DNA from: Phycisphaerales bacterium
GTDB lineage: Bacteria > Planctomycetota > Phycisphaerae > Phycisphaerales > SM1A02
Direction: 5' to 3'
NCBI GenBank assembly: GCA_046350355.1
Contig: JAXMAN010000002.1
Span: forward strand, 70,042 to 134,041
DNA: 64,000 nucleotides
Position 1 is the stretch's first letter, and every line of letters begins with the position of its first letter. Both the position numbers and the translations under genes were made by a program. Below the pieces are notes generated by a model. It did no database searches. It was not told the origin of the DNA and saw nothing but the letters and a program-made list of their open reading frames with translations. Shown here piece after piece: positions 17,801-26,548 of the stretch.

Positions 17801-18847
17801 GAGCTTGTAGCGGCCGTGCGCGTTCATCTGCGAGCCGTCGCCGGCGGCGCGCGCGGCCTCCAGCGGCGGGAGGAACTCGTAGGCGGGGCCGATGAGCCCG
17901 GCGCCGACGAGCAGCTCGACGGTGCGGCGGCGCGCCTCGGGGGTCGCGGTGCCGAAGGAGCGCGTGCCCTTGGCGAGCATCGCGAGCATCGGGCCGGTGC
18001 TGTACTTGGCGGATGCCGACTGCAGCATCTTGCCGAAGGCCTGCATCTGCCAGGGCTTGAGCTCGCCCGGCGAGGCGTCGGCGAGCGCGATCACTTCCTC
18101 GGGAAGCAGGCCCGCGTCGCCGCGGTTCATCGCCTGCAGGATCGCGGCGTAGACGGGCTCGGACTCGATGGCGGGACGCGAGGCGAGGAACTCCGAGAGC
18201 ACGCCCCATTCGCCGGCCATCGTCTGCAGGTGCAGCCAGCGCGCGAGGTCCTGCGGCTGCGCCGTCTCGGGGTTGGGGTTCGCGACCTGGCCGAAGCCCA
18301 GCTTGCTGCGCGCGGCGAGCACCGCGGCGGGCTTGCGCGCGAAGTCGAGCTCGCGCATCGCGTTGGCGATCTGCTGCCCGCGCTGGATCTGCGCGTTGCG
18401 CGCGGCGGTGATGCCCAGCGCGGCCTCGAGGTCGACGCCCAGGTCGGTGTAGTACGCGCGAAGCTGCTCCTGCTCCGCCTCGCTCGCGGCCGTGTAGAGC
18501 GCCTTCAGCTCCGCCAGCTCCGCCGCGGAAAATATGCCGGGCATGCCCGGCATATTTTCCGCGCCTTCGGGGGGTGCGCCGGGGGTGCCGGGGCGCACGA
18601 CGGCGCCGGCGGGCGCGGCTGTGCCCGGCATCGTCTGCGGCGCGGTCGCCGCGCCTGCGGGCTGCGCGGGCACCACCTGCACGGTTCCCGACTGCACCGG
18701 CACCGCCTGCGCGGGCGCGAGCGGCGTCGCCGGGACCGACTGCACCGTCACTTGCGCGGGCGCCGCGCCCGCGGGTGCGAGGACGAACGCCGCCATGGCG
18801 GCGCGGGACCAGATGCGCGAGTCGTGGATTCGCGTGCCGCGTGTCAT
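14897..18847 (-). CDS. BatD-like oxygen-tolerance protein, unusually large (about 1316 aa), with C-terminal TM anchor
   Basis: Last gene of the Bat operon. The C-terminal TM is WTQIRLVIAAALAALLGGAVLLARHW, followed by a charged tail. The first roughly 100 aa are A/P/Q/V low-complexity and include the 34-nt palindrome in-frame (ENMPGMPGIFSA), so the true start is uncertain (18847 or 18799). Confidence 0.65.
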   Translation of the reverse strand: MTRGTRIHDSRIWSRAAMAAFVLAPAGAAPAQVTVQSVPATPLAPAQAVPVQSGTVQVVPAQPAGAATAPQTMPGTAAPAGAVVRPGTPGAPPEGAENMPGMPGIFSAAELAELKALYTAASEAEQEQLRAYYTDLGVDLEAALGITAARNAQIQRGQQIANAMRELDFARKPAAVLAARSKLGFGQVANPNPETAQPQDLARWLHLQTMAGEWGVLSEFLASRPAIESEPVYAAILQAMNRGDAGLLPEEVIALADASPGELKPWQMQAFGKMLQSASAKYSTGPMLAMLAKGTRSFGTATPEARRRTVELLVGAGLIGPAYEFLPPLEAARAAGDGSQMNAHGRYKLDLAEKAGDSPEADALRLEAWQIFCDVALIDRETLAVRREALKMAIDLMSRVPRAQAGPWLTKVFANPSLGPAALEALALAATGVGEQRLETEQRAQALLGLKEAVDLLLAREDIDIASLRVPLRMVTAALVQEMEQAVSRRGQNRMVAREAQLLLRAIPNEKWLQALEPSLASRARKACIALATTADETDQALAMLDTAIDRSPADAASFADDFLQKWRIRLTPVQEYPPEMMQYFAFYRDAMPMAPLTRGRQRRNLERLGTLLATLREHGVEARALPGLVPAFMACHASTEVYDRADIERVFGPIGGMPPATAAMLAERMGSSLNGDWRNRAAQKATGTKRSDNEIAALVDKGYGVAIDLADAAIAREPGSWELASMKAALTFDRMQFRQQQPGADAEKTGAYRQAAFDAFAQAATAYIAALQAGKVRDDPSIHLRWFGAAMGTAELNFLRVDDLPKEGTLQDDQVDLLRKSLQTLARDDYDRHMAAFAAAVQGAIERADPEVKPRLVHHALRVIGDHPAGAGLRAMQELYRDLVKDEIKLRLTLDGPDHVGVGKPFGVLVSLRYTHSVDRETGGFSKYLQNGVFGRVGNNYRQINYRDQVQKALEDAFTRAFDVQAIGFFDPFMPPRGVVEAGQDGWLEKPMAYVVLSRKEPVTDRLPSVTLDMQFTDQTGPVSLALPSNTPLLASGDDAAPRPVTKLEVAQLVDVRGAEGLAQGKQTVTLEVRVKGEGVPPALQEILQGVDAPLAGYTLGADGIAAAPMVVMQAGDAAMPSRFGMMSPSAEPKDGYPEADSNGIFHLPIERTYTVTYTRAGGDIGSVFTLPVLRPGVDATLESRAYADLDIVPVKGSTVAVAGGGWTQIRLVIAAALAALLGGAVLLARHWTKRREAAPAPAWAPARLTPLGVVTSLRRLERERGAALEPARAQSLREEIVGLESRLFGPQAQEASEPELRAVVERWQTVAGAR
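18527..18560. repeat. 34-nt perfect palindrome GGAAAATATGCCGGGCATGCCCGGCATATTTTCC, copy A (extends to 40 nt with CGC/GCG flanks)
   Basis: Exact inverted repeat. AT-rich arms and a GC core in a 70% GC genome. It is read in-frame within the BatD-like ORF. Confidence 0.9.
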
Positions 18848-18863
18848 CGGTTGTTCCTGAGAT

Positions 18864-19736
18864 TCACCAGCCGTCGCCGATCTCGCCGTTCATGCCGGCT
18901 CCGTTTCTGGGCTGATCGCCCGGGCGCTTGCCCTTGCCCTTCTTCTTCTGCTTCCCCGGCAGGCCGCTGTTGCAGTTGCCGCCCGGGCAGTCCTTCGGGC
19001 GCGGACGCATCAGGAGCTGCTCGATCGAGCTCTGCTCCAGGTTCAGCACCAGCTCCCCGTTGCGCTCGAGATCGATCGCCGACTGCGGATCGCCCCCCGT
19101 CGCGCGCGCGCGCTCCGACAGGTAGCGGTAGTTCTGTCGCGCCAGACCGGAGAGCTCGCGCCACTCCGCGGTGGGCTTGCCCGCCATGCGCATCAGGCGC
19201 GCGCCGTAGTAGTAGGCCGTCGCCAGCTCGTTGCGCGCGGCCAGCACCAGCGGGCTCCCCTGGGTCTGCGGGGTCTCCGCGGTCTCCAGCAGGTCCTCCA
19301 GCTCCAGCGTGCCCGCCTCGATCTGCCCGGCGCGGACGCTCGCGCGCGCGTGCGCCAGCCGCAGCCGGTCGCGCAGCGCGGGATCGCCGTCGCCCACCAG
19401 CTCCTTCGCCGCCTGGATCGTCTCGGCGGTCGCCGCCCACGCGGTCTTCGCGGCGGAGGCGGTGCGCTCCTCCTCCTGCTCGGCGTCGCGCACGGCGGCG
19501 TTGAGCGCGGGATCGCTCGTGCCGGCCGCGGCCATGCGCGCGGCGATCGCGCGCAGGTGCGCCTGGTAGGCGGTCTCCTGCAGCGCGGCGGCAGAGTCCT
19601 GCTCGCGCTCGGCGCGCGTGACGATGCGCGCGGCCTTGTCCTCGTTCCAGAGCTGCTGCCCCGGCCCGAAGTGGTAGGTGACCAGCGCCACCGGCACGAG
19701 TGCCCAGACGGTCCATCCGAGGCGAGAGAGGATCAT
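18864..19736 (-). CDS. BatC-like TPR/helical repeat protein with N-terminal TM
   Basis: MILSRLGWTVWALVPVALVTYHF is a TM helix, followed by helical repeats and a C-terminal Lys/Gly-rich tail. It sits in the operon between BatB and BatD. Its ATG overlaps the BatB stop (ATGA). Confidence 0.65.
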   Translation of the reverse strand: MILSRLGWTVWALVPVALVTYHFGPGQQLWNEDKAARIVTRAEREQDSAAALQETAYQAHLRAIAARMAAAGTSDPALNAAVRDAEQEEERTASAAKTAWAATAETIQAAKELVGDGDPALRDRLRLAHARASVRAGQIEAGTLELEDLLETAETPQTQGSPLVLAARNELATAYYYGARLMRMAGKPTAEWRELSGLARQNYRYLSERARATGGDPQSAIDLERNGELVLNLEQSSIEQLLMRPRPKDCPGGNCNSGLPGKQKKKGKGKRPGDQPRNGAGMNGEIGDGW

Positions 19737-20773
19737 GCCGGAGTTCTCCCCGCGCCAAGCGCGGTCGAACGGGTTCCCTGGGTTTCCGCGCGCCCACCCG
19801 AGGTGCGCGGGCCCTGCAGGGCTGCAGCGTACGCGCGCGGCACGCCCAGGACCAAGAGCGCGGGGCCCAGAAGCCCCAGGATTCCGCATCCCAGGCCGAC
19901 CGCGACCAGCCCCGCCTCGCGCAGGCTGAGGGTCTCCGAGACCCGCGGCGAGACCATCGCCAGCGACTCCACCACCTCGCGCGGCAGGTGGCGCGTGTTG
20001 CCCTGGTGGTAGACGCCGCCGAGCGCGCTCGCCAGGCCGCGCAGCGCCCACTCGTCCTGGCGCGAGCTGTGCCCGGAGACGACCGTCGGCCGCGAGGGAT
20101 CGCCCACGCCGATGACGATCGCGTCCGCGATCGAGAGCGGCCGCGGCCCCGGATGCACGGGGCGGTTGAGGTCGCCGTCGGTGATGACCACGAGCGTCGT
20201 CGAGCGGCGTGCCCAGCCCTTGGCCATCGCGTAGGCGGCGTCGAGGCCCGCCTGCAGGTCCGTCTCGCCGGGCTTGAACGCGGTGTAGAGGGGCAGCCCG
20301 TCGAAGAAGTTCGCGAGCAGCTCCTTGTCCGTCGAGTCCTGCAGCATCGGGATCGCCCGCGTGTAGAAGGCGATCATCGAGACGCGCGTGTCCTTCATGT
20401 CCAGCCGGTCCAGGATGCCGCGCAGCAGCTTTCCCGCCCAGGACATGCGCGAGACCTTCTCCGCACCCGGGCCCGCGTCCGCCAGGTTCATGCTCGGCGA
20501 GACATCCAGCACCACCAGGAGCTGCCGCGAGGCGCGCGGATCCGGGCGCACCTCCGTCTCGACCGGATCGAACTGGTACAGCACGACCGCGCCCCAGGTG
20601 GCGAGCGCGAATGCGACGGTGCGCAGCACGGGCGCCGCGCGCGCCCAGCGCCGCGGCGCGCCCGTGGGGCCGAAGGCGAGCTTCGCGACGCGCGCGGTGC
20701 GGCGCGCGTGCAGCGCCTCGGCGCCGGCGACCAGCAGCAGCGCGGCGATCGCGGCCAGGGTGGCGGTCACCAC
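19733..20773 (-). CDS. BatB-like von Willebrand factor A domain membrane protein
   Basis: The N-terminal TM is MVTATLAAIAALLLVAG. The VWA MIDAS motif is LLVVLDVSPSM. Confidence 0.8.
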   Translation of the reverse strand: MVTATLAAIAALLLVAGAEALHARRTARVAKLAFGPTGAPRRWARAAPVLRTVAFALATWGAVVLYQFDPVETEVRPDPRASRQLLVVLDVSPSMNLADAGPGAEKVSRMSWAGKLLRGILDRLDMKDTRVSMIAFYTRAIPMLQDSTDKELLANFFDGLPLYTAFKPGETDLQAGLDAAYAMAKGWARRSTTLVVITDGDLNRPVHPGPRPLSIADAIVIGVGDPSRPTVVSGHSSRQDEWALRGLASALGGVYHQGNTRHLPREVVESLAMVSPRVSETLSLREAGLVAVGLGCGILGLLGPALLVLGVPRAYAAALQGPRTSGGRAETQGTRSTALGAGRTPA

Positions 20774-21666
20774 GGCGTGTACCTCAGCGCCAGCAGGCCG
20801 ATCGCGTGCGCGCCCAGCAGCGCCAGCAGCACGGTGGCGAAGGGGCGGAAATCGTCCATCGGCACCGTGCCCACCGGCGCGAAGCGCGCGGGCTTCATGC
20901 GGTCGATGTGCCGGAAGATCGCGCTCATGCTCGCGGCGTCCGTGGCCGCGAAGGCGTCGCCGCCCGTGGTCTGCGCGAGCTCGACGATCGGCGCGGGGAC
21001 GTCGCTCTCATCGATGTGGATGTGGTAGAGGACGATGCCCGCGTCCTTGAGCTCGTTGCCGATCTCCGTCTCCTCGCCGTTGCCCAGGTCGAAGCTCATG
21101 CCGTCGCTCACGAGCACGATGAGCTTGTCCCCCTGCGTCGCCTCGGCGAGCATGTTGCGCTTGCAGAACTGCACCGCCGCGCCGATGGCGGTGCCGCCCA
21201 TGTGCGAGGGCATGTAGTCGGGATTCGCGAAGGGCAGCGCGTTGCGGATCGCCTGCAGGTCCTTCGTCAGCGGCAGCCAGCGGATCTGCGCGACGCCGAA
21301 GAGCGTGAGCCCGAAGGCGTCCCCCTCGCGCGCGCGGGTGAAGTCCTCGACCGCCTTCGACGCGAGCTGGTAGTTGCGCCCGGACATGCTGCCGGAGACG
21401 TCGAAGCAGATCTGGATGTTGGTGAGCGAGCGCTCCTGCCGCGGCTGGCGCAGCGTCTGCGGATCGGCCAGGATCACGACGGCGCACGCCAGCAGCAGCA
21501 GCGGGATCGCGTCGAAGCAGCCCAGCAGCCGGCGCAGCCAGGGGCGCTCCGGATGCGCCGCATGGTCCGCAGGGCTCACGATGCCCGGGCCGCGCGCGAT
21601 CACCGTCCACATCAGCAGGACGGGCACCGCCAGCAGGACGAGCACCCAGGGATGCGCGAAGGTCAC
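20767..21666 (-). CDS. BatA-like VWA domain membrane protein (GTG start)
   Basis: VTFAHPWVLVLLAVPVLLMW is a TM helix. The MIDAS motif is ICFDVSGSMSG, and the body matches VWA (LIVLVSDG). The GTG start overlaps the upstream stop (GTGA). Confidence 0.8.
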   Translation of the reverse strand: MTFAHPWVLVLLAVPVLLMWTVIARGPGIVSPADHAAHPERPWLRRLLGCFDAIPLLLLACAVVILADPQTLRQPRQERSLTNIQICFDVSGSMSGRNYQLASKAVEDFTRAREGDAFGLTLFGVAQIRWLPLTKDLQAIRNALPFANPDYMPSHMGGTAIGAAVQFCKRNMLAEATQGDKLIVLVSDGMSFDLGNGEETEIGNELKDAGIVLYHIHIDESDVPAPIVELAQTTGGDAFAATDAASMSAIFRHIDRMKPARFAPVGTVPMDDFRPFATVLLALLGAHAIGLLALRYTPW

Positions 21667-22559
21667 GGGCGCGGCTCCTGCGTGGCGTCGGCGGTCGCGC
21701 CCGCCGTCTGCGCGCTCGCCTCGATCGCGGCGATCGCGGCGCTCGGGTCGCCGCCGCGCGGCGCGTGCAGCCAGCGCTCGACGGCGGCCACGGCGTCGGC
21801 GGTGCGCGGATCGGCGCGCAGCGCGGCGATCGCGCCGGCGAGGTCCGCGGGCGTCTCGGCGTGCCCGGGGCGCAGCGCCTGCAGCAGCAGCAGCTCCGCG
21901 CGCGAGCGCTCGGCCAGCGTGAGCTCGCGCTCGCGCGCCTGATGCACGAGCTCCAGCAGCAGCTCGCGCGGCGTCGGCGCGCGCGGCGCGGGGGCGGGCG
22001 GCGGCGCGGGCGCGCGGCGCATCGCGCGGCGCACCAGGATCACCGCGGGCACCGCCAGCCAGAGCGCGGCGACCGCGCCCAGCAGCAGGCCGTAGTGCGC
22101 CGCGAAGCCGAACTCGGGCGCCGCGTCGCCGAAGACATCCGTGCCGTGGCCGGGCGGAAGCTGCGTGAAGATCTCGACCGTCATCGGCGGCAGCGCCTCG
22201 GCGGGGCGGCCGTCGGCGCGCTCGACGAGCGGCGCGAGGTCGTAGCTGCCCGAGACGATGCCCAGGTAGTCGACGCGCGCGCGGTCGCCCGGCAGCGGCG
22301 TGATGCGCACGATGACGGGCGCGGCCACGTCGCCCATCGGCTTCGCGCGCAGGCGCACGCCGTTGGCCGCGGGCGGGTCGGGGATCTCGAAGCTGCCGAC
22401 CGCGCCGCGCGGCGCGCGCGAGACGGCGGCGGGGGGCGTGATCGCGCCGGTGGCGGGCGTCGCGGCAGGCGACGTCGTCGCGGGCGCCTGCGCCCAGGTG
22501 CGCGTCGCGCCCGCGCTCGCAAGCGCGACCACCGCGATCATCGTGCACGCGCGCCTCAT
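21663..22559 (-). CDS. Hypothetical signal-peptide/TM protein of the Bat operon
   Basis: Signal peptide MRRACTMIAVVALASAGATRTWAQ. An internal TM is YGLLLGAVAALWLAVPAVILV. It is flanked by ATGA and GTGA overlaps that couple it to the DUF58 and BatA genes. Confidence 0.6.
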   Translation of the reverse strand: MRRACTMIAVVALASAGATRTWAQAPATTSPAATPATGAITPPAAVSRAPRGAVGSFEIPDPPAANGVRLRAKPMGDVAAPVIVRITPLPGDRARVDYLGIVSGSYDLAPLVERADGRPAEALPPMTVEIFTQLPPGHGTDVFGDAAPEFGFAAHYGLLLGAVAALWLAVPAVILVRRAMRRAPAPPPAPAPRAPTPRELLLELVHQARERELTLAERSRAELLLLQALRPGHAETPADLAGAIAALRADPRTADAVAAVERWLHAPRGGDPSAAIAAIEASAQTAGATADATQEPRP

Positions 22560-23437
22560 CCGCGCCCCCGCAGCAGCCCGCCGCGCGTCGCCAGGAAGTG
22601 GCGCAATGCGGGCAGGAAGGGCTCGTCCGTCTCGATCTGCAGCGCGTCCGCGCCCGAGCGCAGCAGCTCCTCGCGCACGCGCGCCGGATCGGCCAGCCGC
22701 GAGCGTCCGCCCGCGACGAAGCTGCGTCCGGTCTCGGGCTCGCGCGCGCGCAGGAAGCCCGCGCGCAGCGGCGCCGTCTCCGCGGGATCCATCGTGTGGA
22801 TCACCATGCAGTCGTGCTTCTGCGAGGCGTGGCGGATCGCGCCGATCGCGCCCGGATCGTGCAGGTCGCTGATCACGACGATCACGCCCGAGCGCTGCGT
22901 GCGCGCCACGAGCTGCGCCAGCCGCTGCGAGAGCTGCGTCGACTCGCTGTAGTCGCCCGTGCGCAGCGGCTCGATCGCGCGCCAGAGGTCGCTGCGACGC
23001 AGGCTCGGAAGCATCGGCACGGTGCGCTCGCCCGCGCCGACGACCGCGACCGGGCTCATGCGCCGCTGCGCGACCAGCCCCAGCGCCGCCGCGATCCACA
23101 CCGCGACATCGTGCTTGCTGCGCGCGCCCGAGCGCACCGCCATCGACGCCGAGGTGTCGACGACCAGGTGCACCGTCACGCGCTTGAGCGCCTCGTACTC
23201 GCGCACGAAGGCGCGGCCGACGCGCGCGCTCAGGCGCCAGTTGATGAGGCGCACCGAATCGCCCGGCTCGTACGGCCGGCTGCTTGCGTACTCCAGCCCG
23301 CTTCCCAGCAGGCGCGAGGTGTCCGACCCGAAGGCCAGGTCGTCCGCGAGCCGCCGCACGACGATGTCGAAGTCCCCCCGCGCCAGCTGCTCCGGCGGCG
23401 GTAGGCCCAGGTCGAACTGCGTCGCGGTCGCGTCCAC
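22556..23437 (-). CDS. DUF58-family protein (MoxR-associated VWA-like)
   Basis: MDATATQFDL... The DUF58 motif is GLEYASSRPYEPGDSVRLINWRLSAR. A MIDAS-like motif is HLVVDTSASM. Confidence 0.85.
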   Translation of the reverse strand: MDATATQFDLGLPPPEQLARGDFDIVVRRLADDLAFGSDTSRLLGSGLEYASSRPYEPGDSVRLINWRLSARVGRAFVREYEALKRVTVHLVVDTSASMAVRSGARSKHDVAVWIAAALGLVAQRRMSPVAVVGAGERTVPMLPSLRRSDLWRAIEPLRTGDYSESTQLSQRLAQLVARTQRSGVIVVISDLHDPGAIGAIRHASQKHDCMVIHTMDPAETAPLRAGFLRAREPETGRSFVAGGRSRLADPARVREELLRSGADALQIETDEPFLPALRHFLATRGGLLRGRG

Positions 23438-23458
23438 GCGTGCTCCGTTTCGGATGCG

Positions 23459-24448
23459 CTACGCCATCGTCGCCAGGATGTCGCGCAGCACGGCGGCGCC
23501 GGAGCGCCCCTGCGCGAGCGCCTCGTACTTGAGGCGGATGCGGTGGAGGATGACGTCCTCGGCGAGCGCGAAGATGTCCTCGGGGATCACGTAGTCGCGG
23601 CCGTGGATGTAGGCGCGCGCGCGGGAGGCGTGCACCAGCGCGAGCGCGGCGCGCGGGCTGCAGCCCAGCTCGATCTCGGGATGGCGGCGCGTGAGGTTCA
23701 CGAGCTCGACGCAGTCGCGCACGAAGACGTCGCTCACGTGCACCGCCTGCACCGCGGACATCGCGGTGGTGAGGTCGCGCACATGGAGCTGGTGGTCGCT
23801 GGTGATCGCGTCGAAGGCGGACATCGGCACCGCGCCCTCGCCGTGGCGCTTCAGGCGAAGCTGCAGGCTGCGGCGCACGACCTCCGCCTCGTCCTGCGGG
23901 GTCGGATAGGTCAGGCGGTGGCGCAGCATGAAGCGGTCGAGCTGCGCCTCGGGAAGCTCGAAGGTGCCGGCCTGCTCGACGGGGTTCTGCGTCGCGATGA
24001 CCAGGAAGGGCGCGGGCAGGTCGTGCGTCGTGTCGCCGATGGAGACGCGCCGCTCCTGCATCGCCTCCAGCAGCGCCGACTGCACCTTCGGCGAGGCGCG
24101 GTTGATCTCGTCCGCCAGCAGCAGGTTCGTGAAGATCGGTCCCTTGTGGATGCGGAACTCGCCCGACTTCTGTTCCAGGATCTCGCTGCCCACGATGTCG
24201 CTGGGCAGCAGGTCGATGGTGAACTGCACGCGCGCGAAGTGCAGCTCGATCGCCTTCGCGACCGACTGCACCAGCAGCGTCTTGGCGATGCCGGGGACGC
24301 CCTCGAGCAGCAGGTGTCCGCCGGTCAGCAGCGCGATGAGCACGCGCTCGACGACGACCTCCTGCCCCACGACGGTGCGGGCGACCTGCGTGCGCACGTG
24401 GTCCACGAAGGGACAGCGGCCGGTGACGGTGGAAGTGGCGGTGGACAT
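23459..24448 (-). CDS. moxR: MoxR-family AAA+ ATPase
   Basis: MSTATSTVTGRCPF... Walker A is LLLEGVPGIAKT. Walker B / sensor is LLADEINRASPKVQSALLEAMQE. It is 329 aa. Confidence 0.9.
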   Translation of the reverse strand: MSTATSTVTGRCPFVDHVRTQVARTVVGQEVVVERVLIALLTGGHLLLEGVPGIAKTLLVQSVAKAIELHFARVQFTIDLLPSDIVGSEILEQKSGEFRIHKGPIFTNLLLADEINRASPKVQSALLEAMQERRVSIGDTTHDLPAPFLVIATQNPVEQAGTFELPEAQLDRFMLRHRLTYPTPQDEAEVVRRSLQLRLKRHGEGAVPMSAFDAITSDHQLHVRDLTTAMSAVQAVHVSDVFVRDCVELVNLTRRHPEIELGCSPRAALALVHASRARAYIHGRDYVIPEDIFALAEDVILHRIRLKYEALAQGRSGAAVLRDILATMA

Positions 24449-24467
24449 GTCGGTGTGTTCCTGCGGC

Positions 24468-25628
24468 TCAGGCGGCGGGCTCGGCGAGGAGCTGCTCCAC
24501 GATCGTGCGCACGCGCTCCATGCGCGCCCCGGCGATGCGCACCTTCCCCGAACGGTCGATGACGATCGTGACCGGCGCGAACTGCACGCCGTACGCGGTG
24601 GCGGTGACGCCGCGCGCGGGCGGCTTGGCGTCGGCGGGCTTGGTGTCCGCGGGCTTGGCATCCGCGGGCTTGGCGTCGCCCGCGGCCGGCGCGGCCGGCG
24701 TCGCCGCCGCGTCCTGCGCCACCGGCACCTCCAGCTTCGCGGCTGCAATCTGCTCGCCCATCGCCTTCCAGTCCGCCGAGGGCGCGCAGACGGCGGCGAC
24801 CACGACGCCCTGCGTCGCGAAGTCCTTGCGCAGGCGCGCGAGCTCCGCGAGCTGCGTCTGCGAGGCGCGGCTTCCCGGCGCCGTGAACTGCAGCACGACG
24901 ACCGATCCCTTCGTCGCCTCGGGCGTGACGGGCGTGCCGATCCACTGCTGCGCGCGCAGTTCGGGCGCGGGCTTGCCTTCGATCGCGCGCAGCGCGGTCG
25001 GGCGCTTGGCGCCGCCGGCATAGCACTCGGCGGGGAACTCGCCGACGGTCGCGGGGGCGGCGGCCGCGGTGGGCGCGCCCTCCTTCAGCAGCATCTCGGC
25101 GACCTCGGCGACGCGGTTGGGCAGCAGCCCCACCGCGCGCACGGTGCCGGTGCGGTCGATCGCGACGTAGGTCGGGAAGAACTGCAGGTTGTACGCCTTC
25201 GCGCTCGCGCCGCCCTTGTCCTTCGCGACGGGGTAGTTGATCTTCTTGTCCTTGACGACCTGCGGCGCCTTCTCCCAGCCGCTGTTGGTGTCGTGCATGC
25301 CGATGAAGACGAGGTCTCCGTCGGTGTGCGCGGACATCAGCTTCACGTTCTCGGGGACGGCGGCCATGCATGGGCCGCACCAGGTCGCCCAGAAGTCCAG
25401 GATGATGACCTTGCCGCGGTTGGCGGCGATGGTCTGCGAATCGCCGATCCACGACTCGGTGGAGATCTCGGGTGCGGGCTTGCCCTCGAGCTGCTTCAGC
25501 GTCGCGGGACGCTGCGCGCCCTCGAAGAACCAGTCGTCGGGAATCGAAGGTGGCGCGCCCAGGGCCCCCGGGGCGAGCATGGCGACAACAGTGAATGCGA
25601 TCGCCGCGGCAAGTGTCGTCCGTCGCAT
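24468..25628 (-). CDS. TlpA-like thiol-disulfide oxidoreductase with two thioredoxin-fold domains
   Basis: Signal peptide MRRTTLAAAIAFTVVAMLAPGALGA. Domain 1 carries WATWCGPC. Domain 2 is thioredoxin-like but lacks CxxC. Confidence 0.8.
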   Translation of the reverse strand: MRRTTLAAAIAFTVVAMLAPGALGAPPSIPDDWFFEGAQRPATLKQLEGKPAPEISTESWIGDSQTIAANRGKVIILDFWATWCGPCMAAVPENVKLMSAHTDGDLVFIGMHDTNSGWEKAPQVVKDKKINYPVAKDKGGASAKAYNLQFFPTYVAIDRTGTVRAVGLLPNRVAEVAEMLLKEGAPTAAAAPATVGEFPAECYAGGAKRPTALRAIEGKPAPELRAQQWIGTPVTPEATKGSVVVLQFTAPGSRASQTQLAELARLRKDFATQGVVVAAVCAPSADWKAMGEQIAAAKLEVPVAQDAAATPAAPAAGDAKPADAKPADTKPADAKPPARGVTATAYGVQFAPVTIVIDRSGKVRIAGARMERVRTIVEQLLAEPAA

Positions 25629-25743
25629 GGGCGCATTGAACCACGGCGGCGGCCCGTCACGCGCCGCGGGGCGGGGGCAATCCACCCGGAGCGCGGAATT
25701 TTCTTGGCGACCGCGCAAGGGCCCGGGTACGGTGGTGCCCATC

Positions 25744-26520
25744 ATGACGACGCTCCTGCTTGCCCCGGTGGTGCTCGCCCTCACGCCTCCGATGCCGCTG
25801 CAGCCGGTCTCCGCGACGGGGTCCAGCTGGGTCATCGCGACCGCCTCGGGCGTGGGCAACATCTACGAGTCGCGCACCCTCGTGCTCGGCGACCTGCTCA
25901 AGGGGTTCGAGTCGGATGTCGTGGCGACGGGAACCTCCAGCGTCGGCACCGCGGACACGCACGCGCGCCTGCTGCGCGGCGGGCTTGGCTGGCGGCTGAT
26001 CGCCGGCGGCGGCGGCGACACCTCGGTCGGCGGGGGGCAGAGCGCCTTCTCGCGAGCGGATGTGAGCGCCTCCGTGGAGTTTACGCTGGAGCGCGCGGGA
26101 CGCATCGGGCTCGCATGGGACCTCGGGGCGTATGGCATCAGCTCGGGCAATGTGCGGCTGGTCCGCCTGCCGGTCGTGGCGGGCAGCACGCTCTCCGAGT
26201 CGTGGGTGAGTTCCTACATCGTTCCCGACCTCAACTCGGGATCGGCCGTGCTGGAGCTGCCCGCCGGCAGCTATCGCCTCCAGGCGTCCGGCACGACGCA
26301 ATGCAACTCGGGCTTCGCGAACCCGGACACCGGCCGGTACGACCTGCAGGTCGACCTCGTCGCGCTCGACGCGCCCGACCTCAACGGCGACGGCGCGATC
26401 GACGGCGCGGACCTCGGCCTGCTGCTTGCCGGCTGGGGCACCGCCGACGCCGACCTCAACGGCGACGGCACCACCGACGGCGCGGACCTGGGCCTGCTGC
26501 TGGCGCAGTGGGGGAACTGA
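25744..26520 (+). CDS. Secreted protein with C-terminal dockerin-like repeats
   Basis: Signal peptide MTTLLLAPVVLALTPPMPLQPVSA. The C-terminus is DLNGDGAIDGADLGLLLAGWG ... DLNGDGTTDGADLGLLLAQWGN. Confidence 0.7.
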   Translation: MTTLLLAPVVLALTPPMPLQPVSATGSSWVIATASGVGNIYESRTLVLGDLLKGFESDVVATGTSSVGTADTHARLLRGGLGWRLIAGGGGDTSVGGGQSAFSRADVSASVEFTLERAGRIGLAWDLGAYGISSGNVRLVRLPVVAGSTLSESWVSSYIVPDLNSGSAVLELPAGSYRLQASGTTQCNSGFANPDTGRYDLQVDLVALDAPDLNGDGAIDGADLGLLLAGWGTADADLNGDGTTDGADLGLLLAQWGN

Positions 26521-26548
26521 CCGAAGCGACTTTCTCCTCTTTCGGGCG

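Noticed and set aside
14627-19504. 1625-aa plus-strand ORF and the 1145-aa minus-strand ORF 14772..18209
   Set aside because: Alternative frames and antisense of the BatD-like gene. The products are R/G/A/D low complexity. BatD shows operon context and a TM anchor.
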